Shown in pieces: positions 55,326 to 62,990 of a DNA stretch of 64,000 nt (positions within the stretch are counted from its first letter, which is position 1; every line of letters starts with the position of its first letter). Source of the stretch: a virus (Duplodnaviria; Caudoviricetes); IMG/VR virus record IMGVR_UViG_2830161386_000001, positions 96,001-160,000 of that record, one strand, 5' to 3'. The notes beneath the pieces were generated by a model. It did not search any database and was not told the DNA's origin. It saw only the letters and a list, made by a program, of their open reading frames with translations. A program made the translations under genes and the position numbers.

Positions 55326-56186
55326 CTAATGGCCGTCGGCGGCGATCTCCTGGGCGCTGGGCTCGCCCTGAAGCCGGCGGATCACCGGATACTCCATCTG
55401 CCGGTAGAGGTGTTTCCGGAGCGCCTTGATCTGCGGCCCCGCCTCCTCGATGTACGTCGACCGGAGCATCTCCAGCTGGTTCACCGTCCGGTTGGCCCCG
55501 GCGCCCTTGGCGTAGAGAATCGCCGTCTCGAAGTCCAGCCCCGAATCGACAGGTGTCCCGACCGACTCCCCGCTGATGAGGTCGACCGGCTCGTGGGGCC
55601 CGGCGTCCTCCACGATGTCCTGCGCGACGGCGGAGGCCATCTCCTCCTCTACCTCCGGCTCTAGGCGAAGCACCGCTGAGCGCTTTTGGGGCCGCACCTC
55701 CACAACGTCAATCAGGCCGCTCTCTTCGTCCATCTTCTCCAGGCGGTCCTCAACGGTCCCGCCTGCGCCCCGCGCTTCCATCATCGCCTCCAGCTCCGGG
55801 AAGCCAATTTCCATCACGCTGGGCCGCCCGGCCTTCGCCGCCCAAAACTCGTCGGGCATCGGGCCCTTCCCGCTCATAAAGAGCACAAAGTCCCGCAGGG
55901 CCGGGCCGCTTGCGGCCTGGACGACCGTGTCCGGGTCCGCGTCGGTCGCCTGCACCTCCTCGATTACGGACTTGGCCTCCTCCTTCCAATCCTCCCCGCC
56001 GTTGGCCGAATAGGTCATCCCTAGAATCGACACAAGGGCGGCGAGGCCCTCTGGGCCTTCTTCCTCCTGCTCCCAGCCGAACGGAAAGTCCTCGGTGGAC
56101 TCCGCCCGGCGGGTAATGGCATCGCTTAGGGTCTCAAGCGCTTGGTCTTCGATCTTTTCTTCTACAGGCGTGCTCATAAGAGACAT
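55326..56186 (-). CDS. Acidic hypothetical protein
   Basis: 286 aa. Confidence 0.75.
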   Translation of the reverse strand: MSLMSTPVEEKIEDQALETLSDAITRRAESTEDFPFGWEQEEEGPEGLAALVSILGMTYSANGGEDWKEEAKSVIEEVQATDADPDTVVQAASGPALRDFVLFMSGKGPMPDEFWAAKAGRPSVMEIGFPELEAMMEARGAGGTVEDRLEKMDEESGLIDVVEVRPQKRSAVLRLEPEVEEEMASAVAQDIVEDAGPHEPVDLISGESVGTPVDSGLDFETAILYAKGAGANRTVNQLEMLRSTYIEEAGPQIKALRKHLYRQMEYPVIRRLQGEPSAQEIAADGH

Positions 56187-56540
56187 GTGCTATTTACGAA
56201 AACAAATGAGGGTTCGGTCGGCTTCTACGCCGAAGCAAACTGCTTCACGTCCAGCGCCTCCTCCTCTTCGGCCTGCCGGAGATGGTACTGCATCTGTTGG
56301 GTAAGCCAACTTTCCGGGCTGCCGCCGAACGCCTTCGAGAGGCGGATTGCCATGTTTGGGGAGATCCCCGCCCGGCCATTCAGGAGCGCCGAAAGGTGCT
56401 TCCGGCTTACGCCAAGCCCTTCGGCCGCCTCGGTGATCGTAAGATCCAGCGGCTCGATGCAGTCTTTGCGGACGGTTTCACCTGGGTGTGGAGGAGTCAT
56501 GCTCATAAGAGACATGGGCTATTTGCGAGAACGAATGGGG
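56171..56540. repeat. 41-bp imperfect direct repeat (56171-56211 and 56500-56540) bracketing higA
   Basis: 36 of 41 positions identical by manual alignment. Confidence 0.88.
56225..56515 (-). CDS. higA: HigA-family antitoxin (orphan)
   Basis: PPHPGE..LTITEAAEGLGVSRKHLSALLNGRAGISPNMAIRLSKAFGGSPESWL..Q..Y. Confidence 0.93.
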   Translation of the reverse strand: MSLMSMTPPHPGETVRKDCIEPLDLTITEAAEGLGVSRKHLSALLNGRAGISPNMAIRLSKAFGGSPESWLTQQMQYHLRQAEEEEALDVKQFASA

Positions 56541-56788
56541 GAGTTTTCGGCAAACTTCTGGAGGGCCTTCGGGGCGAAGGCGGCGAGCAAAAACCCGAAC
56601 ACGATGTAAACGCCGGGGCCGCTGGCCGCCCCTTCGCCGGTGACGACAAGCCCGCCGAACACAATGGCCGCCACGAGAGCGATCATGCTCATCACCCGCA
56701 TCGCGGAGGTCCGGCCGGGGCGCTCCTCCAGCATGCCGGTCTGGGGGCTACTCTTCGTTTTTGGTGTCTTCGTCTTGGATTGGCTCAT
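56519..56788 (-). CDS. Holin-like two-TM protein
   Basis: S..RVMS, two TM helices, PKALQKFAE basic tail; near DUF5675 gene. Confidence 0.5.
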   Translation of the reverse strand: MSQSKTKTPKTKSSPQTGMLEERPGRTSAMRVMSMIALVAAIVFGGLVVTGEGAASGPGVYIVFGFLLAAFAPKALQKFAENSPIRSRK

Positions 56789-57200
56789 CGGGCTCGTCGG
56801 ATCGGGTCCAAAGGTTAAAGTTGCGCTCGCGGGCCACCGGCTTGAAGTCCGAGAAACTCGGGTAGACCTTGTTGTCCCCGAGCTTGAGCTTGGCCTTCTC
56901 CGGGCCCATGATCGTCAGGCTCGGCATCCCGCCGTGCTCGTCCCCGACGTACACCGCCCAGCCGGGGTCGCCTTTCAACTTGATGCGAGCGGAGCGGCCC
57001 TCCGCGCTTACCACCGCGCAAATCGGGCCGGACGCGCCTTTCAGCATCACCGCCTGCTCGCTCAAGGACGGCGGGGCCCCGCTCAGCTCCCCGATCGCGG
57101 CGACCAGCTCGGCCCGGGACACCTCCAGGTCCGCAAAGATGTCGTAGGCGGATTCGCCGCTTTCGGCTCGGGACCGGATTTCGTTGATTAGCTGCTGCAT
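56748..57200 (-). CDS. Hypothetical protein with N-terminal HTH-like segment, paralog of 57213..57602
   Basis: GESAYDIFADLEVSRAELVAAI. Confidence 0.6.
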   Translation of the reverse strand: MQQLINEIRSRAESGESAYDIFADLEVSRAELVAAIGELSGAPPSLSEQAVMLKGASGPICAVVSAEGRSARIKLKGDPGWAVYVGDEHGGMPSLTIMGPEKAKLKLGDNKVYPSFSDFKPVARERNFNLWTRSDEPDEPIQDEDTKNEE

Positions 57201-57212
57201 GGGATCGGTTTT

Positions 57213-57602
57213 TTAGTGGGCAGCCGAGCGGTTTGCCTCCCGGACGACCAGCTCCTCCCCTCGCATGTCGAGGCTTACGTCCAGGTACGGCGCCTGGGCC
57301 CGCACCGTCGGCACCGGGCTTTGGGCGTTTACGTTCAGGCGCCAGCGGGGCTCGCTTCCGAGGCGGACCGCAACCCCGCCGCTGCTTAGGTCCAGCTCCA
57401 TCGGCACGCCGGAAATCAAAACCGCGTCGGCGCCTTTCTCGCTGGCTCCGGCAATGGCCTCGACAAGGCGGACGCCGGATACGCCGAGCTTCTCCGCAAT
57501 TTCTCGGGCCGGAGTTCCCTCTGCCAGAAGCGACTGGATCAGGGCCACGAGGCCGTCGTCGGACATGCTTCCCTTCGGGACAATCGGGCTGTTTTGTGCC
57601 AT
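57213..57602 (-). CDS. Hypothetical protein with N-terminal HTH-like segment
   Basis: GTPAREIAEKLGVSGVRLVEAI. Confidence 0.6.
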   Translation of the reverse strand: MAQNSPIVPKGSMSDDGLVALIQSLLAEGTPAREIAEKLGVSGVRLVEAIAGASEKGADAVLISGVPMELDLSSGGVAVRLGSEPRWRLNVNAQSPVPTVRAQAPYLDVSLDMRGEELVVREANRSAAH

Positions 57603-57621
57603 TGAGTGTCGTAATTTTGTC

Positions 57622-58116
57622 TTAAAGACTGGGCAAATCGGCCCCGGCGCGAACGTTTTTGCTCATCTCTTTGGCCTTCGCTTCCGCCTTTTCCAAGGCG
57701 CCGATGAGGTCGCCGTGGCCTTCTCCGCCAAGCCCGGTGGCGCACTGAAGCACCCGCTTGGCCGTCTCGATTGTCATGCCCCAATCGGACAGGTACGGCC
57801 GCAGCCCCGCAATCTCCTCCGGGTCGGCTGGGTCGGGCAGGTCCCGCCCCTCCCGGCGAAGAGACACCCGGAGGTTGCCGGTGGCCTGGGCCGGCGTGCT
57901 GCCGGTGCCCACCATCGGGACGCCTGCCGCCTCGCGCACCGCCCAAAACTGCTCCGACGCGCTGCGGGAGGCGTAGATGCCGTCGGGAACGCGCTCGGTT
58001 TTTGCGACGGGCCAGGCGTGCCATTCCCCGCCGCTGAAATCCCCCTCAAACCGGTCGGGGATCAGCAAAAGCGGGTAGACGCTTCGGTCGGGCCGGACTA
58101 CGGAAACGGTATTCAT
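57622..58116 (-). CDS. Hypothetical protein (YPL....DRF.G.FSGG.W.AW)
   Basis: 164 aa. Confidence 0.65.
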   Translation of the reverse strand: MNTVSVVRPDRSVYPLLLIPDRFEGDFSGGEWHAWPVAKTERVPDGIYASRSASEQFWAVREAAGVPMVGTGSTPAQATGNLRVSLRREGRDLPDPADPEEIAGLRPYLSDWGMTIETAKRVLQCATGLGGEGHGDLIGALEKAEAKAKEMSKNVRAGADLPSL

Positions 58117-58128
58117 ATCGCTTTGAGG

Positions 58129-58698
58129 TTAAGGGGTCGGGTCAATCTCGTCGGGAATGTGCTCGTCGATCTCGACGGCCTTTTCGTCGAGGCCGGCCAC
58201 GAGGCCGTCCCACTCCGGCTCGGTGTCGGGCACGGCGATTTCGGTTTCAAACCGGCCCTCATATCCGTCTTGGATTTCAAGCGGCACGCTCCCTTCGCTT
58301 TGAAGCGGGCCGGAAAGCACGTCGCGGAGCCGGGAGAGCGTGGGCCCCGAATGGGTGACGTCCGGGTGGCCGTCTCCGTTTATGTCCACGAACTTGCGGC
58401 CGACAAGTATGCACCCGAGGATTTGGGTGTACAGGTTGCCCCGGTGGATCAAAATGTAGGAGCGGCCCTCCACGTCTCGGACGTGAAAGTGGTCGTAGCC
58501 GAAGCTTCCGGACTCGACCGCCTCCCTGTACTCGACCGGATAGGTCCCGGCCGGGATGCAGCTGACGCGGTTTTTGTTTTCCCGCCAGGGGAGCTCTAAG
58601 GTTTTGCACTTGAGGACCTGCTCGTCTCCGTTTCGGACCTCAAGGGTGCCTCGGGTCTGAACGTCGGACTTGTAAAGGCGGCGAAGAAGTAGTTTCAT
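58129..58698 (-). CDS. DUF5675-family protein (putative cell-wall hydrolase/endolysin)
   Basis: TLELPW..N...SCIPAGTY..V.GRS.ILIH.GN....GCILVG. Confidence 0.85.
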   Translation of the reverse strand: MKLLLRRLYKSDVQTRGTLEVRNGDEQVLKCKTLELPWRENKNRVSCIPAGTYPVEYREAVESGSFGYDHFHVRDVEGRSYILIHRGNLYTQILGCILVGRKFVDINGDGHPDVTHSGPTLSRLRDVLSGPLQSEGSVPLEIQDGYEGRFETEIAVPDTEPEWDGLVAGLDEKAVEIDEHIPDEIDPTP

Positions 58699-58738
58699 AT
58701 CAGGTAGGAAGCGCAAGCGTGAAGCTCAAACGCGAATT

Positions 58739-59089
58739 TCAGTCGTGAAGCAGCGCAGCCTGCCTTAGCTCCTCTTCTCGGCGGCCGCTTGGCATGTGGC
58801 GAAAGTGCGACGCAATCTCCTCCCTACTCATCTTTGCGGGAGCGTCCAGGGCAAAAGGCGCGCCGGGAAGAACGTTACTCTCGTGCCGGGCGCGCGTGAT
58901 CAGCCCGTTGATCTCGCTTAGTTCCTGCTTTGAAACCGGGCGGGTCCGGACGCGGCCCTGGGCGTGGCGAAGGATGTCTTCCGGGCCGCTGAGCCGCTTT
59001 TCCGGCCACGGAATTGCGGTCATCGCGCCGACCTCAAACTCCGGCGCCGGCTCGTTCGTCCACCGCGCTAGAAATACATGCTTAACCAT
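58739..59089 (-). CDS. Hypothetical protein
   Basis: 116 aa. Confidence 0.6.
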   Translation of the reverse strand: MVKHVFLARWTNEPAPEFEVGAMTAIPWPEKRLSGPEDILRHAQGRVRTRPVSKQELSEINGLITRARHESNVLPGAPFALDAPAKMSREEIASHFRHMPSGRREEELRQAALLHD

Positions 59090-59127
59090 AACTTATTGGG
59101 GGAATTTGAAGAACGTGATGCTCGTTC

Positions 59128-59143
59128 AGTCCCAGCTGGGACT
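59128..59143. repeat. 16-bp palindrome copy touching a stop codon
   Basis: agtcccagctgggact. Confidence 0.95.
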
Positions 59144-59661
59144 CAAGGCGCCTCCTCGATAGGTGGAAGCGCCTCTGATGCAGGCTCCGGGGGCATCGAC
59201 CGGCTTACCCGGCTCGGAGGCCCGGCCTGCTTTTCGCTGAGGTCAACGTCGACGGCCCCGATTTCTCCGCCCCGCACCGACAACACGACGTTTCCTTGGG
59301 CGACGTCTTTCTGGAACCGCCCGGCAACCTTTTCGGCACGTTCTCCGAGGTAGGTCTTCCGGGCGACCACCTCGTACTCGACCTCTTCCTGGTTCCAAGC
59401 GGACTCGTAGCTCCGAAACCGCTTGTTTCGAAGTTTTCCGGAGGGGCCGAAGAGGATGTGGTCGTGGTCGGTGCTCCAGGCTAGGCGCACGGCCTTCGAC
59501 GCCGAGTCGGTCAGCTTCGTGGCCAGGTGCGGCACGTCCGGCCGGTTAAGCGGAAGCAGGAGTCGCGGCCGCTTTTCCATGACCGCAAAGCTCGACAGAG
59601 CGGGGTAGTCTTCAGTCGGATGGTAATGGACATGCGAAAGGTGATACAGGTCACTCGGCAT
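59143..59661 (-). CDS. Hypothetical protein
   Basis: 172 aa. Confidence 0.65.
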   Translation of the reverse strand: MPSDLYHLSHVHYHPTEDYPALSSFAVMEKRPRLLLPLNRPDVPHLATKLTDSASKAVRLAWSTDHDHILFGPSGKLRNKRFRSYESAWNQEEVEYEVVARKTYLGERAEKVAGRFQKDVAQGNVVLSVRGGEIGAVDVDLSEKQAGPPSRVSRSMPPEPASEALPPIEEAP

Positions 59662-59664
59662 TGT

Positions 59665-60075
59665 CTACGTGGCTTCGCTGTTGAAAAGACGATTCGGGCG
59701 CCCGCCCTGCGCGATCACGATACAGTCCCGCGAGCGGGGCGAAAGATTATCTGGCAGGTCGTAGCCCCGGAGACGCTTCTTCCGCTTTCCCGGCGGAATA
59801 ATCTCGGCCCCGCCCACTAGCGAGAGCACCTCTGGGGTCAGGCACAAAAGCCCACTGGAGACGCCGGCGGCCCCGGCGATGCGGTCGACCATATCCGTGC
59901 GAACACGGGCATTGGCCCGCATGGGCGTGTTCTCGATCTTCGTAATCGAGCGGCGGCTTATCTCCGCACGCTCTGCGAGGTCGGGCTGGGACCACCCGTG
60001 GCCCTCCCGCAAAAACCGGACGCTTCGGGACAGACACGCCGTAAGGTGGGGCTGCATCGGTGGAGGGCGCGGCAA
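59665..60075 (-). CDS. XRE-family HTH regulator (start may be 60057)
   Basis: VRFLREGHGWSQPDLAERAEISRRSITKIEN. Confidence 0.85.
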   Translation of the reverse strand: MPRPPPMQPHLTACLSRSVRFLREGHGWSQPDLAERAEISRRSITKIENTPMRANARVRTDMVDRIAGAAGVSSGLLCLTPEVLSLVGGAEIIPPGKRKKRLRGYDLPDNLSPRSRDCIVIAQGGRPNRLFNSEAT

Positions 60076-60118
60076 AAAGAAATGGAGCGAGGCCAGGCTC
60101 TCCGCCCGGCCTACTGGA

Positions 60119-60580
60119 TTAGTCGAAGAACTCGTACGGGAACGGCACGCCGCACTCGTCCCGCCAGTTTTTCTTCTGCTGGTAGGAGAACCGTTTCCGG
60201 TCGTCGTTTTTGGGGTGGTTGTCCCGGTAGTCGATCCAGTTTTCCCACCGGTGAAACGCGACCCGCCCGTGGATGGGCACGACCAGCGACCAGTACTTCA
60301 CCCCCGCCCCGAAGAAGTAAATCGGGTCGCCCACGCCGGAATCGAAATACGGGGCGCCCCGGCGGATGAGCTTATCAGTTTCGATCAGGCGCCGGCACGC
60401 CGGGCAGATCTGGCGCTCGGTTTCGCCGGTTTCTGGGTCGTAGCGGCTAAGCACGACGTCGGACCGAGGGGATTCGACCGTTACCACTTCGCCCCCGCCG
60501 TCTTGCTGGTTCGGCGGGGTTGCCGTCCACTCCATCTTCCGGTGGTCGGGGCCGACGGCACTTCGGACATCGTCAGACAT
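60119..60580 (-). CDS. Hypothetical protein
   Basis: 153 aa; CPAC. Confidence 0.65.
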   Translation of the reverse strand: MSDDVRSAVGPDHRKMEWTATPPNQQDGGGEVVTVESPRSDVVLSRYDPETGETERQICPACRRLIETDKLIRRGAPYFDSGVGDPIYFFGAGVKYWSLVVPIHGRVAFHRWENWIDYRDNHPKNDDRKRFSYQQKKNWRDECGVPFPYEFFD

Positions 60581-60598
60581 GTGTTTGAGCTGCGTTGA

Positions 60599-60790
60599 TC
60601 AACGGCTGATGACCTTTACTTTGCCCGGATGAATGCGGGCGTACTTTTGGACTTCAGCCTTTATGGTATTGCCTACGTCTTCACAGCTCGTTTCCGTCTG
60701 GTTTTGAAGGTACACCGACAGGTGCTGCCGGTCTAAGATCCGGACGGTCTTGTCTCCGAGGTCGTAAATGCAGTTGCCTTTTTCGATCAT
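60599..60790 (-). CDS. Hypothetical protein
   Basis: 63 aa. Confidence 0.55.
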   Translation of the reverse strand: MIEKGNCIYDLGDKTVRILDRQHLSVYLQNQTETSCEDVGNTIKAEVQKYARIHPGKVKVISR

Positions 60791-60793
60791 TGC

Positions 60794-61429
60794 TTACCGT
60801 ACGGGCTTTACAATTGGGGGCCCGGGCGTCGGCCCCGAGGGCGTGGAGATCAGGTGCTGGACCGTTACGGTCACTTGGCTGGCCGCGTTGTGGATCAGGT
60901 CCGCAAGCGCCTCGATGGTCTGGTCGAAGGAGTCGTGATCCCCCTTGACGACCGGTTTCGCCGACTTCATCGGCACCAGCGCGCCGGTCGAGTCGGTCTT
61001 CTGCACGCTTCCGGGCGGGGGCGTAGACAGCTGAAACTTCAGCGGGAAAAACGACGCCCAGTTTGACTGCACCTGCGCGTCGATGGCCGGGACGTTGATC
61101 CCGCTTTCCGACTGGGCCATCGGCTCGACCAGAGAGCGGGCCTGCGCCTTCGTAAACGGGGTCATAAGCGGGTCCCCAAACGGGTCCTGCATGCCGTTTA
61201 GATACGTCTGTATAGCCGCCGCGTACCGGTCGAGGGTCTTCTCTTGCATCGACTCCGTCTTGCGTTCAGCGATTTTCCGGGCCTCCTCCTGAAAGCGCTC
61301 TGCGGAGAGGCTCTGGCCGATATCGGCCCGGAGCTTTTTGATCTCCGCCTCGACCTCGCGGTAGGCCTGCCGGTTCTTTTCGGCAGCGGCCGTGAAGCCT
61401 TCGGTGAGAACGCTTCGCTGAAGGGGCAT
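60794..61429 (-). CDS. Putative baseplate-associated protein
   Basis: Start re-called to MPLQRS with TGATG coupling to the spike gene; Pro-rich C-terminus. Confidence 0.5.
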   Translation of the reverse strand: MPLQRSVLTEGFTAAAEKNRQAYREVEAEIKKLRADIGQSLSAERFQEEARKIAERKTESMQEKTLDRYAAAIQTYLNGMQDPFGDPLMTPFTKAQARSLVEPMAQSESGINVPAIDAQVQSNWASFFPLKFQLSTPPPGSVQKTDSTGALVPMKSAKPVVKGDHDSFDQTIEALADLIHNAASQVTVTVQHLISTPSGPTPGPPIVKPVR

Positions 61430-62796
61430 CAATCGGTGTAGTTTTTTTGGCTCAGGATCGGCTGAGAGGGTCGGGCGAATGGAGTCATCGGCGGCCCGGT
61501 CGGGCCCTGCGGGTGCGTGTGAGTGTGCTTGTTGGCCCACTTTTTAAAGGCGTCCAGGAAGTCTTGAAGGGCACTGCCAAGGGCCAGGGGCTCCGATTCC
61601 GAGCTGGCAGTATCCCCAACGTAAATGTTGGACCCAGTCACCGTGATGCTGGTGCTTCCGTTGTCGATCGTGGCCTCGTCGTCCTCGATGGTCACGGTTG
61701 TCGTGCCGTTTGTGACCGTAAGCGCCCCGCCCGCTTCCATCGTTACGTCCCAGGTCGGGTTACTCGCCTCAAGGGTCCCGTCCTCCAGCACGCGGCGCTC
61801 GTAGGTCCCGCTCCCCTCCAGGACCTGCTCCGCAAGCACGCCGCCAAACTTCCCGCGCCGGGTCAAGGCAGAGGCCTCCTCGGCAACGACCTCGTGCCGC
61901 CACGCCTCGCCGGGAGCGGTCACGCCCGCCCCGACGCGCCGGGTCACCTCCACCTCTCCCTGCGACACCCGGTAGCGGTCGAACGTCTGCCCTTGCGTGC
62001 CAACCTGCCGCTCAAGCGCAGCTCCGGTTTGGAGATCCGACACCCGGGTTTCAAGCACCGAGTCGCGGCTCGCGGCCACCGCTTCTCGAAACCGGGCCTT
62101 CGGCGTTCCCTGGTCGCCTCGGTGCTCGGCCTTTCGGTACAGCAGGCTTCCGGTCTCCGGGTTGAGGGCGCTGGCCTGCTCGCTGCCCCGAGTCCGGCCC
62201 CACGTCTGGACCACGTCGGGCCCCTGGTCGCCTTCCCGGTGCATGAACGCGGAGTTAAGCAGAAGCTCCCGGAACCCGGCCTCCGCCTCTGCGTCGTGGA
62301 TCGTCCGGTCGTGGGCGATGGGCGTGTGGAGAACCTCCTTCGACTTGGCCCACTCCTTGATTAGTTTCTCGCTGGGGAGGTAGGTCCGGCGGGTCCAGTC
62401 GTCGGCCTTCAGGTCCACGAGGCCCGACTGGCTAAAGAGCACCTTCGACCCGCCGTTGGCCCGGTAAATCATGTCGCCCGGCGCGCCCCAATCGGGCGTG
62501 TCTCCCTGCGCTGCGCTGTAGGTCGAGAGCAGAAACGAGTGGTTCGGCCGGGGGGCGCCGCCGGACTCTAAAATCGCGACGAGGCACCGAGCGCCCACTC
62601 GGGGCGTGAGCCGCAGCCCCGACCCACCGATTCCGCCCATAGGCGTGGAAATGCGGGCGGTAATTTCCCGGCCGGTTTCGGTGATGACCGTCGCGTTTCC
62701 GGCCTCCCGGTCGACCCGGTCGATGGAGCCGAGCTCGACGGAGAGCGACCGGTTCGGGCTGCCGCTTCCAATTCCGGAGGTATTGGGGCGTCTCAT
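61429..62796 (-). CDS. Baseplate central spike-like protein (gpV/gp5/VgrG-like)
   Basis: N-terminal OB-like region (P.VG..CLV), beta-rich body, EPLALG..L, C-terminal HTHTHP..GPTGPP. Confidence 0.7.
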   Translation of the reverse strand: MRRPNTSGIGSGSPNRSLSVELGSIDRVDREAGNATVITETGREITARISTPMGGIGGSGLRLTPRVGARCLVAILESGGAPRPNHSFLLSTYSAAQGDTPDWGAPGDMIYRANGGSKVLFSQSGLVDLKADDWTRRTYLPSEKLIKEWAKSKEVLHTPIAHDRTIHDAEAEAGFRELLLNSAFMHREGDQGPDVVQTWGRTRGSEQASALNPETGSLLYRKAEHRGDQGTPKARFREAVAASRDSVLETRVSDLQTGAALERQVGTQGQTFDRYRVSQGEVEVTRRVGAGVTAPGEAWRHEVVAEEASALTRRGKFGGVLAEQVLEGSGTYERRVLEDGTLEASNPTWDVTMEAGGALTVTNGTTTVTIEDDEATIDNGSTSITVTGSNIYVGDTASSESEPLALGSALQDFLDAFKKWANKHTHTHPQGPTGPPMTPFARPSQPILSQKNYTD

Positions 62797-62990
62797 GTAA
62801 AAACCAAAAGGCTAATTAGAGCCAAAAACACGACCGAAGCGATGAGCACGATAATCGCTCCAAAGGCCACTTCCCTGGCCTGCTCGTGCCCGGAAAACAG
62901 AGGGCTTCCGAGGGCTTCGGTGATAATGCGCCCGCCCTCAAACAGAAAGTACGCCGATAAAAACAAGCACAGAAATACGAAAAGCGTCAT
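62793..62990 (-). CDS. Small two-TM protein
   Basis: 65 aa, ATGA overlaps on both sides. Confidence 0.6.
   Translation of the reverse strand: MTLFVFLCLFLSAYFLFEGGRIITEALGSPLFSGHEQAREVAFGAIIVLIASVVFLALISLLVFT

Noticed and set aside
56171-56540. Direct repeat with four A/G differences as a DGR template/variable pair
   Set aside because: Only 41 bp, differences are T/C on the coding strand, one is T/G, and there is no reverse transcriptase in the window.
4323-59143. Palindromic repeats as a CRISPR array
   Set aside because: Copies are hundreds to thousands of bp apart with whole genes between them; there are no regular 30-40-bp spacers and no cas genes.
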